Below, one piece after another: positions 36,420-45,727 of a stretch of DNA of 57,078 bases (within the stretch, counting starts at the first letter, position 1; every line of letters starts with the position of its first letter). The DNA lies in the IMG/VR virus record IMGVR_UViG_3300044641_001763, positions 1 through 57,078 of that record; one strand, written 5' to 3'. The stretch is from a virus. Its lineage: Duplodnaviria > Caudoviricetes. The notes under the pieces are model-generated. The model searched no databases. It was not told the DNA's origin and saw nothing but the letters and a program-made list of their open reading frames with translations. Position numbers and translations under genes: made by a program.

Positions 36420-39400
36420 ATGGCAGATCGCTACTGGGTTGGTGGCACAGCAAACTGGGATGGTACTGCTGGCACAAAATGGTCAGCGACGTCAGGAGGC
36501 GCAGGCGGAGCATCTGTGCCAACTGCAGCAGATGATGTTTTTTTTAATGCTGCTTCTGGCGTTGTTACTTGCACGATTTCTGGGTCAAGGGTTGCAAAAT
36601 CAATTAATTGCACCGGATTTTCTGGAACTTTAGCTGGCACATCATCCCCAACGTTAACAATTTCCGGCTCATTGACTTTGTCATCGACGATGACAGTAAC
36701 GTATTCTGGGACAACTACATTCAATGCAACTGGAACACTAACAAGTTCCGGAAAAACGCTTGGCGCAATTGTCATAAACGGTTCTGGTATCACTGTAACT
36801 CTTGGAGACGCTTTGACATCTTCAAGCACTATTACATTGACCCAAGGAACATTTAATACGGCAAGTTATAACGTTACGGCTACAAGGTTAATATCCACGT
36901 CAGGCAGCACGAGAAGCATTACCTTGGGGTCTAGTCAACTTACTTTTAGTGGATCTGGCTCATCAAATATTGCCGTACAACTAATTCCAACCGGACTTAC
37001 ATTAAGCGCAACTTCGTCAACAATTACTCTTAATGGCTCCTCTCCATATCTTCAAGGGTCAAGTAGCGCAACAACTGGAGTGTCGTTTGGTACGGTAGTG
37101 TTTTCAAATACAACAGCAACAGCAACACAGTCGGTTATTTCTGGGAACAATACGTTTGCTGGGTTGACGTTTAGTGGCCCATCATCCGTAGGGTCAAGAA
37201 CTTATTCGTTTAGCAGCTCTCAAACTATTAATGGAACGTTTTCCTCTACTGGCACTGCTGGTAATAGGCGAGTTGTTATTGGTTCCTTCACTTTTCCGCT
37301 AGCAATTACATTAAACGTCAATGGATCAACAAGTTTAACTGATGTTGATTTTGACAGTATTTACGTTGGAGGAACTTCTTCGCCAATTTCTGGCACCAGA
37401 ATTGGCAATTTATCAAATTGCGCAGGAATTACGTTTAGCACGCCAAAAACAGTTTATTGGGTAACAGTCGCTGGAGGGAATTGGGTTGACAATAATTGGT
37501 CAACATCAATTGGAGGAGCTGCTAGCCTTGATGCGTTCCCTTTGGCTCAAGATACAGCAAGTATTCAAAATACAGGATTGAATACAGCAGCAACAATAAC
37601 CTTTTCAACCAGCACGCTAAATTGGATTGGAACGTTAACGTGTTCATCAAGAACAAATACGGTAACGTTTTCAGGAACGCAGGGGTTAGAATTTTATGGA
37701 AATGTTACATTAAGTTCAGCAGTAACATGGTCAGCATCCGGAACTTGGAGTTTTTACGCATTAAAACAAACTCAAACTATTATATCGGCGGGCAGGACTA
37801 TTCCAGCGTTGACAATTTATAATCTTGATGGGGCGGTAGAATTAGGCGACGCAACGCAATCAGGGGCGGTTTTAGTTCAAAGAGGACTATTCAAAACAAA
37901 TAATTATAATTTAACGTGTTCGTCTTTGGATGGGAATAATAGAGGCGAAATAGCACTTGGGTCTAGCACTGTTACGCTATCAGGAAGTACAGCAATAAGC
38001 GCAACAGGGACGTGGACGCTAACGCCAGGAACGTCAACAATAAATCTTACGGCAGCAGATGCGTCAATATCTGGAGCCGCGACGTTTTATAACGTAAATT
38101 GGACCAATACAGGCAATACAGCTATTGTTTTTAATGCAAACAATCCAACTTTTAATAACGTAACAATTACTGCAAGAGCAACCACAGGGCTTGTGGATGT
38201 AACCTTGTTTGGAAACATTTCGCTTTCAGGAACATTAACAATAAGCGGGGCGTCTGCAATAAGAAGATTTAATGTAACGTCATCAACTAGGGGAACGCAA
38301 AGAACAATTACAGCAAATGCATTAAGCGCAAATGATTGCGATTTTAGAGATATTGTAATCGCAGGATCTGCTACAGGAACGGCGCCAACGCGTGCTGGGG
38401 ACTGTGGAAACAATTCAGGAATTACGTTTCCAGCAACAAAAACAGTGTATTGGAATTTGTCTGGAACACAAAATTGGTCAGCGACAGGATGGGCGACATC
38501 AAGTGGTGGTTCTCCTGCGGTTGACAATTTCCCATTAGCGCAAGACACTGCGGTTTTTAATAACACAGGCGCGATGGGAACTGTAACAATAAACGCTAAT
38601 TGGAATATTGGAACAGTAGATGCCTCAGCAAGAACATCATCGGCGTCACTTGGAATTAGCACAAATCAACCAAAAGTATACGGCAGTTGGACAAATCCAA
38701 CATCTGGCTTAAGTTATGTAATCTCGTCGTCTTCTGACGCAAGATTGATTTTTTGTGGTTCTGGTACGCAAGTGTTGACCGGAAACGGCAGGCCGTTTGA
38801 GTTTACTATTCAAGTTCAGGGTGTTGGCACCGTCGAGCTAGGCAGTGCAATAATCTTACAAACCAACACAAGTTATCTTCGCCTGCTATCCGGAACGTTT
38901 GACGCAAAAACATACAATATAACAACGTCTAAAGTTTACATAGAAGGGTCCACGTCTTTAACAGTAAAAATGGGAAGTGGGTTGTGGACTGTTTCTGGAA
39001 CTGGTGATATATGGTATTTTTTGAATTCATCGGCATTATTATTCTATAAAGAAACGGCAAATATTACGTTGTCATCAACTAGCACAACAGCAAGGACTTT
39101 TGATAGTTTTGGAGGGTCATATAACAAACTGACAATTGGCGGGGCATCGGGAATATCAACATTAACAGTTTCAGGTGAAAGCACTTGGACAGAGTGGGCT
39201 TCGACCAAAACAGTTGCGCATACGATAAATTTTGAAGCAATTCAAACAATAGGAAAATGGTCGATTACTGGCACGTCAGGAAACGTTGTAACTTTGGGAG
39301 GGTCGGTTCCTACGGGTCATGTTATTGCTGGATCAGCAACTACTGGCATCAATTTTCTAAGTATGGGTTCGTTTGCTTTAGCCGACACATCTCCTGGAGA

Positions 39401-41588
39401 GTTTTATGCTGGAGTGAATTCAACAGGAACTGCTGGTGCGCCTGTTTATAGAACGGCGACGCCAGCGGCTAGAACTTTGTATTGGGTTGGGGGCACTGGA
39501 AACTGGTCTGACACAAGTAAATGGTCTATTTCGTCGGGAGGTTCAGGAGGCTCTGCAATTCCAACATCTTTGGACGACGTAATATTTGACTCTAGCAGTA
39601 ATGCAACTGCTTATACCGCTACGATTAATCAAACAAGCCGATGTAATAATTTAACAATTAACGGCCCGGCCTCTGGAAATGTAACATTAGCGGGGTCGTC
39701 GGCGTTGATAGTTCATGGGAATGTAACGTTTCCAGCTACTGGGATGACCAGAACGTTTACAGGACCAATTACATTAAGCGGGTCAACATCAGGGAAAGTG
39801 TTTACAACGAATGGCATTTCTTTGGCCTCGCAATTAACTTTGAATGGGAATAATTGCGAATGGGCTTTAGGTAGCGCGTTGTCTACATCTCAGGATCTAA
39901 CTCTAAGAGTTGGAAAAATAGATACGGCAAACTATGCGCTATCAATCGCTAGCATAGCGGTAGACGGCCCTCCGCAATCGTTAACTCTCGAATTTGGTTC
40001 GTCTACGATATCAATGAGTGGTAGTGTTAATATTTATCATAGTTCAAGTGTTGGGAGCATAAGACCAAATATAACAATAACTGCAGGAACATCAACAATT
40101 CAGTTGTCTGGCACAAACGCAAATTTTTATGGAAACAATGCAACGTGGTATAACGTGTCGGTCACTAGCACAAGCACCGGATTTGTTTCGTTTTCTAATG
40201 GAGCAACGTTTAACGATTTAACGTTTGCTGCGCCAACGGTGAATTACGGGGCAAACAGGAGATTTTTATCTGGTTTGTTTACAATAAACGGCACGTTTAC
40301 TGTAAACGGCGGAGCCAATGCAACGTTTAGAACTCTTGTAGAAGGAGATTCATCTTTTCAGTTCGCTACAAGAAGAACTTTGAGTTGTAATGCGGTCAAT
40401 TTAACAGATGTTGATTTTCAACATATTGAAATTACAGGATCCGCGGCGCCCGCAACGGGGACAAGACTTGGGGATCGAAAAAATAATTCCGGTATTACAT
40501 TTACATCAAAAACTGTTTATGTTCGAGCAACCGGATCCACTAACTGGTCTTCAACGACAGCATGGTCAGCAACAGACGGCGGGACTGCTGATGTAACACA
40601 ATTTCCTCTAGCGCAAGACACTGTAATTGTCCCTGTATCATATCCATCGTCAGGATCAGTAATTACAATGGATGCTCAGTACGCTTATGGCTCCATTGAC
40701 ATGAGCGCAAGAACAACAAATACAGTAACGTTGAGCACAGGACCATCGGCGCGTCAAATTTACGGAAACTGGATAAACGGAACGGGAACCACAATCGCTG
40801 GCACAGAAACGTTGGAATTTGTAGGGCGAACAACGCAAACAATTACTAGTGCTGGTAAAACATTTACGCCAACAATTCTTGTTGCTAGCGTTGGAGGGTC
40901 GGTAACAATTCAAGATGCCTTAACAATAAACAAGGCTGGCACTGCTCTAAATGTCACTCATGGCACATTTGATGCAAATAATTATTCTGTTTCTTTAACA
41001 AGTTCTACAGGCACATTTTCTTCAAATGTAAGTTCAACTCGTACTGTAGCAATAGGATCTGCCACCTGGACTATATCTGGGTCAAGCACAGCGTGGCAAG
41101 TTACTACTTCAACAAATTTGACTGTTACCGGCACCGGCACTTTAACATTTACATCCGGGTCGGCAAAGACTTTGCAGATGGGTTCTGCTAATTATACAAA
41201 CATAACAGTAAATAATGGCGGAGCGGGCGCATTTACAATGTTTTTGGTAGGCGAATTAAAAAACATATCAAATACTTATAAATCAACCGGTGCAACGTCA
41301 ATAACTATTTCGAATTCATTTATTACGTTATCTAGTTTTACGGCAGAAGGAGAGGTTGGAAGAATTTTGACGTTGTCCGGAGGAAATTCGCCGACGTTAA
41401 AATATACTGATGTAAGCGTAATAGATTTGGATTACTGTAATGTTAGTGACATAATAGCTTTGCCAGGAACAACAAAATGGACGGCAACAAATAATTCAAT
41501 AAATTACGGGTCTTTTGGTATTGCGTTTGATGTAACAATTCCAGTCCTTCCTGCAACAGCAGCATTTTTAATGTTTATGCCAATGTAA
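36420..41588 (+). CDS. 1722-aa Thr/Ser/Gly-rich adhesin-like receptor-binding protein with five ~340-aa repeats
   Basis: YW..GG.NW starts at 36432, 37455, 38448, 39480, 40518; FPLAQDT recurs; AT-rich. Confidence 0.7.
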   Translation: MADRYWVGGTANWDGTAGTKWSATSGGAGGASVPTAADDVFFNAASGVVTCTISGSRVAKSINCTGFSGTLAGTSSPTLTISGSLTLSSTMTVTYSGTTTFNATGTLTSSGKTLGAIVINGSGITVTLGDALTSSSTITLTQGTFNTASYNVTATRLISTSGSTRSITLGSSQLTFSGSGSSNIAVQLIPTGLTLSATSSTITLNGSSPYLQGSSSATTGVSFGTVVFSNTTATATQSVISGNNTFAGLTFSGPSSVGSRTYSFSSSQTINGTFSSTGTAGNRRVVIGSFTFPLAITLNVNGSTSLTDVDFDSIYVGGTSSPISGTRIGNLSNCAGITFSTPKTVYWVTVAGGNWVDNNWSTSIGGAASLDAFPLAQDTASIQNTGLNTAATITFSTSTLNWIGTLTCSSRTNTVTFSGTQGLEFYGNVTLSSAVTWSASGTWSFYALKQTQTIISAGRTIPALTIYNLDGAVELGDATQSGAVLVQRGLFKTNNYNLTCSSLDGNNRGEIALGSSTVTLSGSTAISATGTWTLTPGTSTINLTAADASISGAATFYNVNWTNTGNTAIVFNANNPTFNNVTITARATTGLVDVTLFGNISLSGTLTISGASAIRRFNVTSSTRGTQRTITANALSANDCDFRDIVIAGSATGTAPTRAGDCGNNSGITFPATKTVYWNLSGTQNWSATGWATSSGGSPAVDNFPLAQDTAVFNNTGAMGTVTINANWNIGTVDASARTSSASLGISTNQPKVYGSWTNPTSGLSYVISSSSDARLIFCGSGTQVLTGNGRPFEFTIQVQGVGTVELGSAIILQTNTSYLRLLSGTFDAKTYNITTSKVYIEGSTSLTVKMGSGLWTVSGTGDIWYFLNSSALLFYKETANITLSSTSTTARTFDSFGGSYNKLTIGGASGISTLTVSGESTWTEWASTKTVAHTINFEAIQTIGKWSITGTSGNVVTLGGSVPTGHVIAGSATTGINFLSMGSFALADTSPGEFYAGVNSTGTAGAPVYRTATPAARTLYWVGGTGNWSDTSKWSISSGGSGGSAIPTSLDDVIFDSSSNATAYTATINQTSRCNNLTINGPASGNVTLAGSSALIVHGNVTFPATGMTRTFTGPITLSGSTSGKVFTTNGISLASQLTLNGNNCEWALGSALSTSQDLTLRVGKIDTANYALSIASIAVDGPPQSLTLEFGSSTISMSGSVNIYHSSSVGSIRPNITITAGTSTIQLSGTNANFYGNNATWYNVSVTSTSTGFVSFSNGATFNDLTFAAPTVNYGANRRFLSGLFTINGTFTVNGGANATFRTLVEGDSSFQFATRRTLSCNAVNLTDVDFQHIEITGSAAPATGTRLGDRKNNSGITFTSKTVYVRATGSTNWSSTTAWSATDGGTADVTQFPLAQDTVIVPVSYPSSGSVITMDAQYAYGSIDMSARTTNTVTLSTGPSARQIYGNWINGTGTTIAGTETLEFVGRTTQTITSAGKTFTPTILVASVGGSVTIQDALTINKAGTALNVTHGTFDANNYSVSLTSSTGTFSSNVSSTRTVAIGSATWTISGSSTAWQVTTSTNLTVTGTGTLTFTSGSAKTLQMGSANYTNITVNNGGAGAFTMFLVGELKNISNTYKSTGATSITISNSFITLSSFTAEGEVGRILTLSGGNSPTLKYTDVSVIDLDYCNVSDIIALPGTTKWTATNNSINYGSFGIAFDVTIPVLPATAAFLMFMPM

Positions 41589-41630
41589 GTAACGACCAAT
41601 AAAAAAGGCATCAACTAAAAAGGCGCTCAC

Positions 41631-42083
41631 ATGGATGTGTCAAAAGCAATAGGTGCGGTAGCTGCAAGCATTGCGGCCCTTGGCGGGGGCTACACGTTGT
41701 TTGATAAGTTTGGATGGCTGGACACAGCGATCATCGAGTGGGTGCCAGAGCACTTTGAAGTTAAGCTCACCAAGATTGGTGAGCCGGTTGTAGTCACTGT
41801 TGCCCGGATTAAAAAACGGGATGACTGTTCGGTTGAGTCGTTTGTGCCAGCGATCAGGGATGGGAAGGGTGTGGTGCATGAAGCTACATCGTCAAACCCG
41901 AAGTTCTCTGGTCCCGCTGGTCCGGAGGTTGATACGTTTACGTACACGCTTTCAGTTAAGTCTGAAATGGCTCCGGGTAAAGGTACACTGTTGGCAACCA
42001 TCAAGTACAAGTGTCCAGAGGGGGATAGAACGGTCACCTATCCACGGCACAAGAACCTTAACTTTGACCTAGTGAGCAACTGA
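41631..42083 (+). CDS. Membrane-anchored hypothetical protein in lysis region
   Basis: N-terminal hydrophobic helix, beta-rich remainder with two Cys. Confidence 0.6.
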   Translation: MDVSKAIGAVAASIAALGGGYTLFDKFGWLDTAIIEWVPEHFEVKLTKIGEPVVVTVARIKKRDDCSVESFVPAIRDGKGVVHEATSSNPKFSGPAGPEVDTFTYTLSVKSEMAPGKGTLLATIKYKCPEGDRTVTYPRHKNLNFDLVSN

Positions 42084-42574
42084 TGGCACCTCTACTCGCA
42101 GGCATTGTCTCCTCTCTGATCCAGAACAACCTGCCGAAGGTCGCGCAAGCGGTGGTGGACAAGGGTCTGGATTACGTGCAGGAGAAGACAGGCATCGAGC
42201 TGAAGCCTGATATGAACTCTGACGAGGTGAAGGCGCTGCGTGAAAGCGCCATGAGGCACGAGGAGTTCATGGTTGAGCAGGCCAACAAGAACACCGCGGA
42301 TGCTCGGGCAATGCAGGTTGCTGCGCTCAATCAAGACGACAAGTTTGCCAAACGATTTGTCATGTATCTGGCGACGTTTTGGTCCGTCACGGCGGTGACC
42401 TACATTTTCTTTATTACCTTCGGAACCATACAAGAGAACAACGTGCGATTTGCCGATACGATTCTTGGATTCATGTTGGGCACGGTTGTGGCAACCATCC
42501 TGAACTTTTTTCTTGGGTCGAGCGCTGGCAGCAAAGAAAAGACCGAGGCGCTGGCTGCGGAGTTGAAGAAATGA
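42083..42574 (+). CDS. Holin-like membrane protein
   Basis: Two C-terminal TM segments, FFLGSSAGS motif; directly upstream of lysin. Confidence 0.65.
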   Translation: MAPLLAGIVSSLIQNNLPKVAQAVVDKGLDYVQEKTGIELKPDMNSDEVKALRESAMRHEEFMVEQANKNTADARAMQVAALNQDDKFAKRFVMYLATFWSVTAVTYIFFITFGTIQENNVRFADTILGFMLGTVVATILNFFLGSSAGSKEKTEALAAELKK

Positions 42575-43110
42575 AAGAGAACTGGCCGTTTGCCTTCGCT
42601 CAGATGATCAAGCATGAGGGCGGGTTCACGGATGACGTGCGAGACATGGGTAACAGGCTACCTGATGGCCGCGCTGGGAGTACAAACCTCGGTGTGACGC
42701 AACGGGCCTGGGAGGCCTATGTTGGCCGTAAAGTGACGCATGAAGAGATGAGAGCGTTGACTCCGGAGCAGGTAAATCTGTTTTACAAGGCCAAGTATTG
42801 GGACGCTGTTAAAGCTGATGATCTGCCAGATGGCGTGGATTATGCGGTTTTTGACATGAGCGTAAACTCCGGGCCAAACAGGGCTGCGGTGACGCTTCAG
42901 CAAGCGGCAGGGGTGTTCCAGGACGGACTGATTGGACCAAAGACTATAGCTGCTGTTTGTGCCCTAGACGCTGATAAACTCATTGAAGACTTCTGTATTC
43001 GGCGTATAGACTTCATGCAAAGGTTGCCTTCGTGGGCAGACTTTGGCCGCGGATGGGAACGTAGGGTTGACGAGGTTGCTGAAGCAGCGCAAAAACTAGC
43101 ACAGGCATAA
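42571..43110 (+). CDS. GH108 lysozyme (endolysin) with peptidoglycan-binding domain
   Basis: HEGG, TNLGVT, YW, VFDMSVNSG, DGLIGPKT, FGRGW. Confidence 0.9.
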   Translation: MKENWPFAFAQMIKHEGGFTDDVRDMGNRLPDGRAGSTNLGVTQRAWEAYVGRKVTHEEMRALTPEQVNLFYKAKYWDAVKADDLPDGVDYAVFDMSVNSGPNRAAVTLQQAAGVFQDGLIGPKTIAAVCALDADKLIEDFCIRRIDFMQRLPSWADFGRGWERRVDEVAEAAQKLAQA

Positions 43111-43112
43111 AC

Positions 43113-43244
43113 ATGGAAACCGTCACGATTCCCGCGCAGGTGTTAAATCAAATCCTGCAGTACCTTGGGCAGCGACCGTATGTTGAGGTTGCAAACCTGA
43201 TCCATCAAATTCAGCAGGCGGCTGAACAGCAGGCCAAGGAATAA
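43113..43244 (+). CDS. 43-aa hypothetical protein, absent from ORF track
   Basis: Manual translation: NQILQYLGQRPYVEVANLI. Confidence 0.7.
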   Translation: METVTIPAQVLNQILQYLGQRPYVEVANLIHQIQQAAEQQAKE

Positions 43245-43246
43245 AC

Positions 43247-43468
43247 ATGGATCAGCAGATGTTAATCAACATTGCTTTTGGTCTTGCCGGGGCATTTGGC
43301 GGTTGGATTCTGAACTCATTGTCGCGTTCAATTTTGCGGATTGAAGATCGGATTTCAGAGCTGCCGCTGCAGTATGTAACCCGCGACGACTATAGGGCAG
43401 ACATTGCGGACATAAAAGGGATGTTGGCCAGAATTTTTGACAAGCTGGACAACAAGGTGGACAAGTGA
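43247..43468 (+). CDS. Small membrane-anchored coiled-coil protein
   Basis: N-terminal TM, YVTRDDY, LDNKVDK. Confidence 0.7.
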   Translation: MDQQMLINIAFGLAGAFGGWILNSLSRSILRIEDRISELPLQYVTRDDYRADIADIKGMLARIFDKLDNKVDK

Positions 43469-43857
43469 CCTCCGCCACCAAGTCTGACCCGGCCAAGTGG
43501 AAGAGGATTGTCTCTTCCGTAAAGGCGTCTGGGAAGGGCGGCAAGCCAGGGCAGTGGAGCGCCAGGAAGGCGCAGCTAGCCACCCAGAAGTACAAGGCCT
43601 CTGGCGGGGGTTACAAAGGCCCGAAAAAGGCCGATAATTCGCTCAGTAAGTGGACGAAAGAGGATTGGGGCACCCGGTCTGGAAAGCCGTCTACGCAAGG
43701 GTCTGAGGCTACGGGTGAGCGGTACCTCCCCCGGCGAGCAAGAGAGAAGCTAACCGCTTCGGAATACGCCGCGACGACACGAGCAAAGCGTGAGGGGACG
43801 CGGCAAGGTAAGCAGTTTGTCCCGCAGCCGGAGTCTATTAAGAAAAAGGTGTGGTGA
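43465..43857 (+). CDS. Basic conserved phage protein (DUF5872-like)
   Basis: GQWSARKAQL...YK..GGGY; SLSKWTKEDW. Confidence 0.65.
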   Translation: MTSATKSDPAKWKRIVSSVKASGKGGKPGQWSARKAQLATQKYKASGGGYKGPKKADNSLSKWTKEDWGTRSGKPSTQGSEATGERYLPRRAREKLTASEYAATTRAKREGTRQGKQFVPQPESIKKKVW

Positions 43858-44492
43858 TGACTGTTGCAGCGGTAATGACGTATGACTCGCTAGTCAACGA
43901 CATCGAGACGTACCTCGAGCGTACAGATACGGCGACGCTTCAGAAGATCCCGCAGTTCATCATGCTCGCAGAGCAGGTGATTGCTTCGGAGCTAAAGTTC
44001 CTTGGTAACCTGACGGTTGCTCAGAGCACCATGATTGCCGGGGAACCTGTCATCGACAAGCCCGCTCGATGGCGCAAAACCGTGTCTATGAACGTAACGG
44101 TTGATGGCAAGAAGAATCCAATTTTACTGCGCAAGTACGAATATCTTCGGGAATATTGGCCAGACGCTGTTGATGTGGATGTGCCAAAGTTCTATTGCGA
44201 CTATGACTATACGCACTGGTTGGTTGCTCCGACCCCGGCGCAGGCGTATAGCTATGAGGTCTTGTACTACGAGCGCATTCAACCGTTGGACTCGACCAAT
44301 CAGTCCAACTGGTTCACGCAGTACGCTCCCCAGGCGTTGCTATATGGATCGCTTCTTCAGGCGATGCCCTTTTTGAAAAACGACGAGCGGATGGCTATGT
44401 GGCAATCTCAGTATTCCCAGATTATGGAAGTGCTGAAGGTTGAAGACATTTCGCGAGTTGGTGACAGGCAAACCCTAGTGAGGGATTCATGA
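43857..44492 (+). CDS. Tail adaptor (tubular protein A-like)
   Basis: TYDSL..I..Y, APTP, LLYGSL..A..FLK. Confidence 0.7.
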   Translation: MTVAAVMTYDSLVNDIETYLERTDTATLQKIPQFIMLAEQVIASELKFLGNLTVAQSTMIAGEPVIDKPARWRKTVSMNVTVDGKKNPILLRKYEYLREYWPDAVDVDVPKFYCDYDYTHWLVAPTPAQAYSYEVLYYERIQPLDSTNQSNWFTQYAPQALLYGSLLQAMPFLKNDERMAMWQSQYSQIMEVLKVEDISRVGDRQTLVRDS

Positions 44493-45727
44493 GCTTTATT
44501 TCCCCTTTCACGGGCAACGTTATCCAGCCGACGGACGTATCGTTCCGCGCTATTACGTTGTCCACAGACGTGCAGTTGGAGTGGCCGATCAACGGCAGTC
44601 CTACGGATCAGCCAACTGCTCGGATCATGAATGTTACGGCTACGACTGGGGGCTTAAAGCTCAAGATGCCACCGGCCAATCAGGCGTCTGTAGGCGAAGA
44701 TGCGCTGATTCGCAACGTAGGCGGTACTACGTTTACCGTCACAGACTATGACGGCAACACGATTATCACGATTTTGGCCGGAGAAGCAAAGTACATCTAT
44801 ATCACCGCGAACCCGACGACCGCAGGAACCTGGGGCAACATTGCCTTTGGAGTTGGCACAAGTAACGCGGATGCGGTGACGCTTGCTGGGTATGGGCTAA
44901 AAGCCATTTCAACGACGCTTAATCAAGCTCATCAAGTAACGGCGTTTGCGTCTAACTACACGGCGTTGGAATCTGATCGAGCTGCTTCGTACTTGTGGAC
45001 GGGTGGTGCAGGAACGTTTACTTTAACCGCACCATCAACACTTGGTAATGATTGGTTTTTGATGATTCGTAACGGGGGTTCCGGTACTTTGACCGTGTCG
45101 CCCTCCGCTGGTTTAATAAACGGATCATCCAGTATTGCGATGCAGCCGTCAGATTCAGCAATTGTTCTTTGCTCGGGCACTGGGTTTTTTACTGTTGGAC
45201 TTGGAAAATCAGCGCAGTTTAACTTTACGCAATTGACTAAAGCTGTCACGTCTGGAAGCGTGACGTTGACAAGCGCAGAGGCCGCTAACGTTGTCCAGAA
45301 GTACACGGGAACGTTAAGCGGCAACGTGACGATTGTGTTGCCGCCGACCATTCAGGTGTACTACATCACCAATCAGACGGACGGCACTGGGGCAGGCTAC
45401 AACATTACATTCACCACCGGCATTCTAGGAGCAGCGGTTGCCGCAATTGGCGCAGGGCAACAGGCAATTTTGATTTGCGATTCCGTAAATATGTTGAACG
45501 CCAACACTACGCTAGCCGGTGGTGGTACGTTTTCGCTGTTAAATGGATCAGCGGCTTCACCATCGTTAAATTTTGCGTCTGAATCAACCACTGGCATCTT
45601 TCGTCCAGCATCAAATCAATTTGGAATTGCTGTTGCTGGAGTTCAAAAATTTGTTGCAACGTCATCAGGAATTTCAATCACTGGCACCGGTACGTTTTCG
45701 CAAGGCGTTTCAGGCGGTAGCTTCTAA
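44489..45727 (+). CDS. Tail structural protein
   Basis: Thr/Gly-rich beta protein; GSAASPSLNF..TTGIFR. Confidence 0.65.
   Translation: MSFISPFTGNVIQPTDVSFRAITLSTDVQLEWPINGSPTDQPTARIMNVTATTGGLKLKMPPANQASVGEDALIRNVGGTTFTVTDYDGNTIITILAGEAKYIYITANPTTAGTWGNIAFGVGTSNADAVTLAGYGLKAISTTLNQAHQVTAFASNYTALESDRAASYLWTGGAGTFTLTAPSTLGNDWFLMIRNGGSGTLTVSPSAGLINGSSSIAMQPSDSAIVLCSGTGFFTVGLGKSAQFNFTQLTKAVTSGSVTLTSAEAANVVQKYTGTLSGNVTIVLPPTIQVYYITNQTDGTGAGYNITFTTGILGAAVAAIGAGQQAILICDSVNMLNANTTLAGGGTFSLLNGSAASPSLNFASESTTGIFRPASNQFGIAVAGVQKFVATSSGISITGTGTFSQGVSGGSF

Noticed and set aside
32296-41588. Diversity-generating retroelement acting on tail fibres
   Set aside because: No reverse transcriptase and no TR/VR pair differing at adenines was seen
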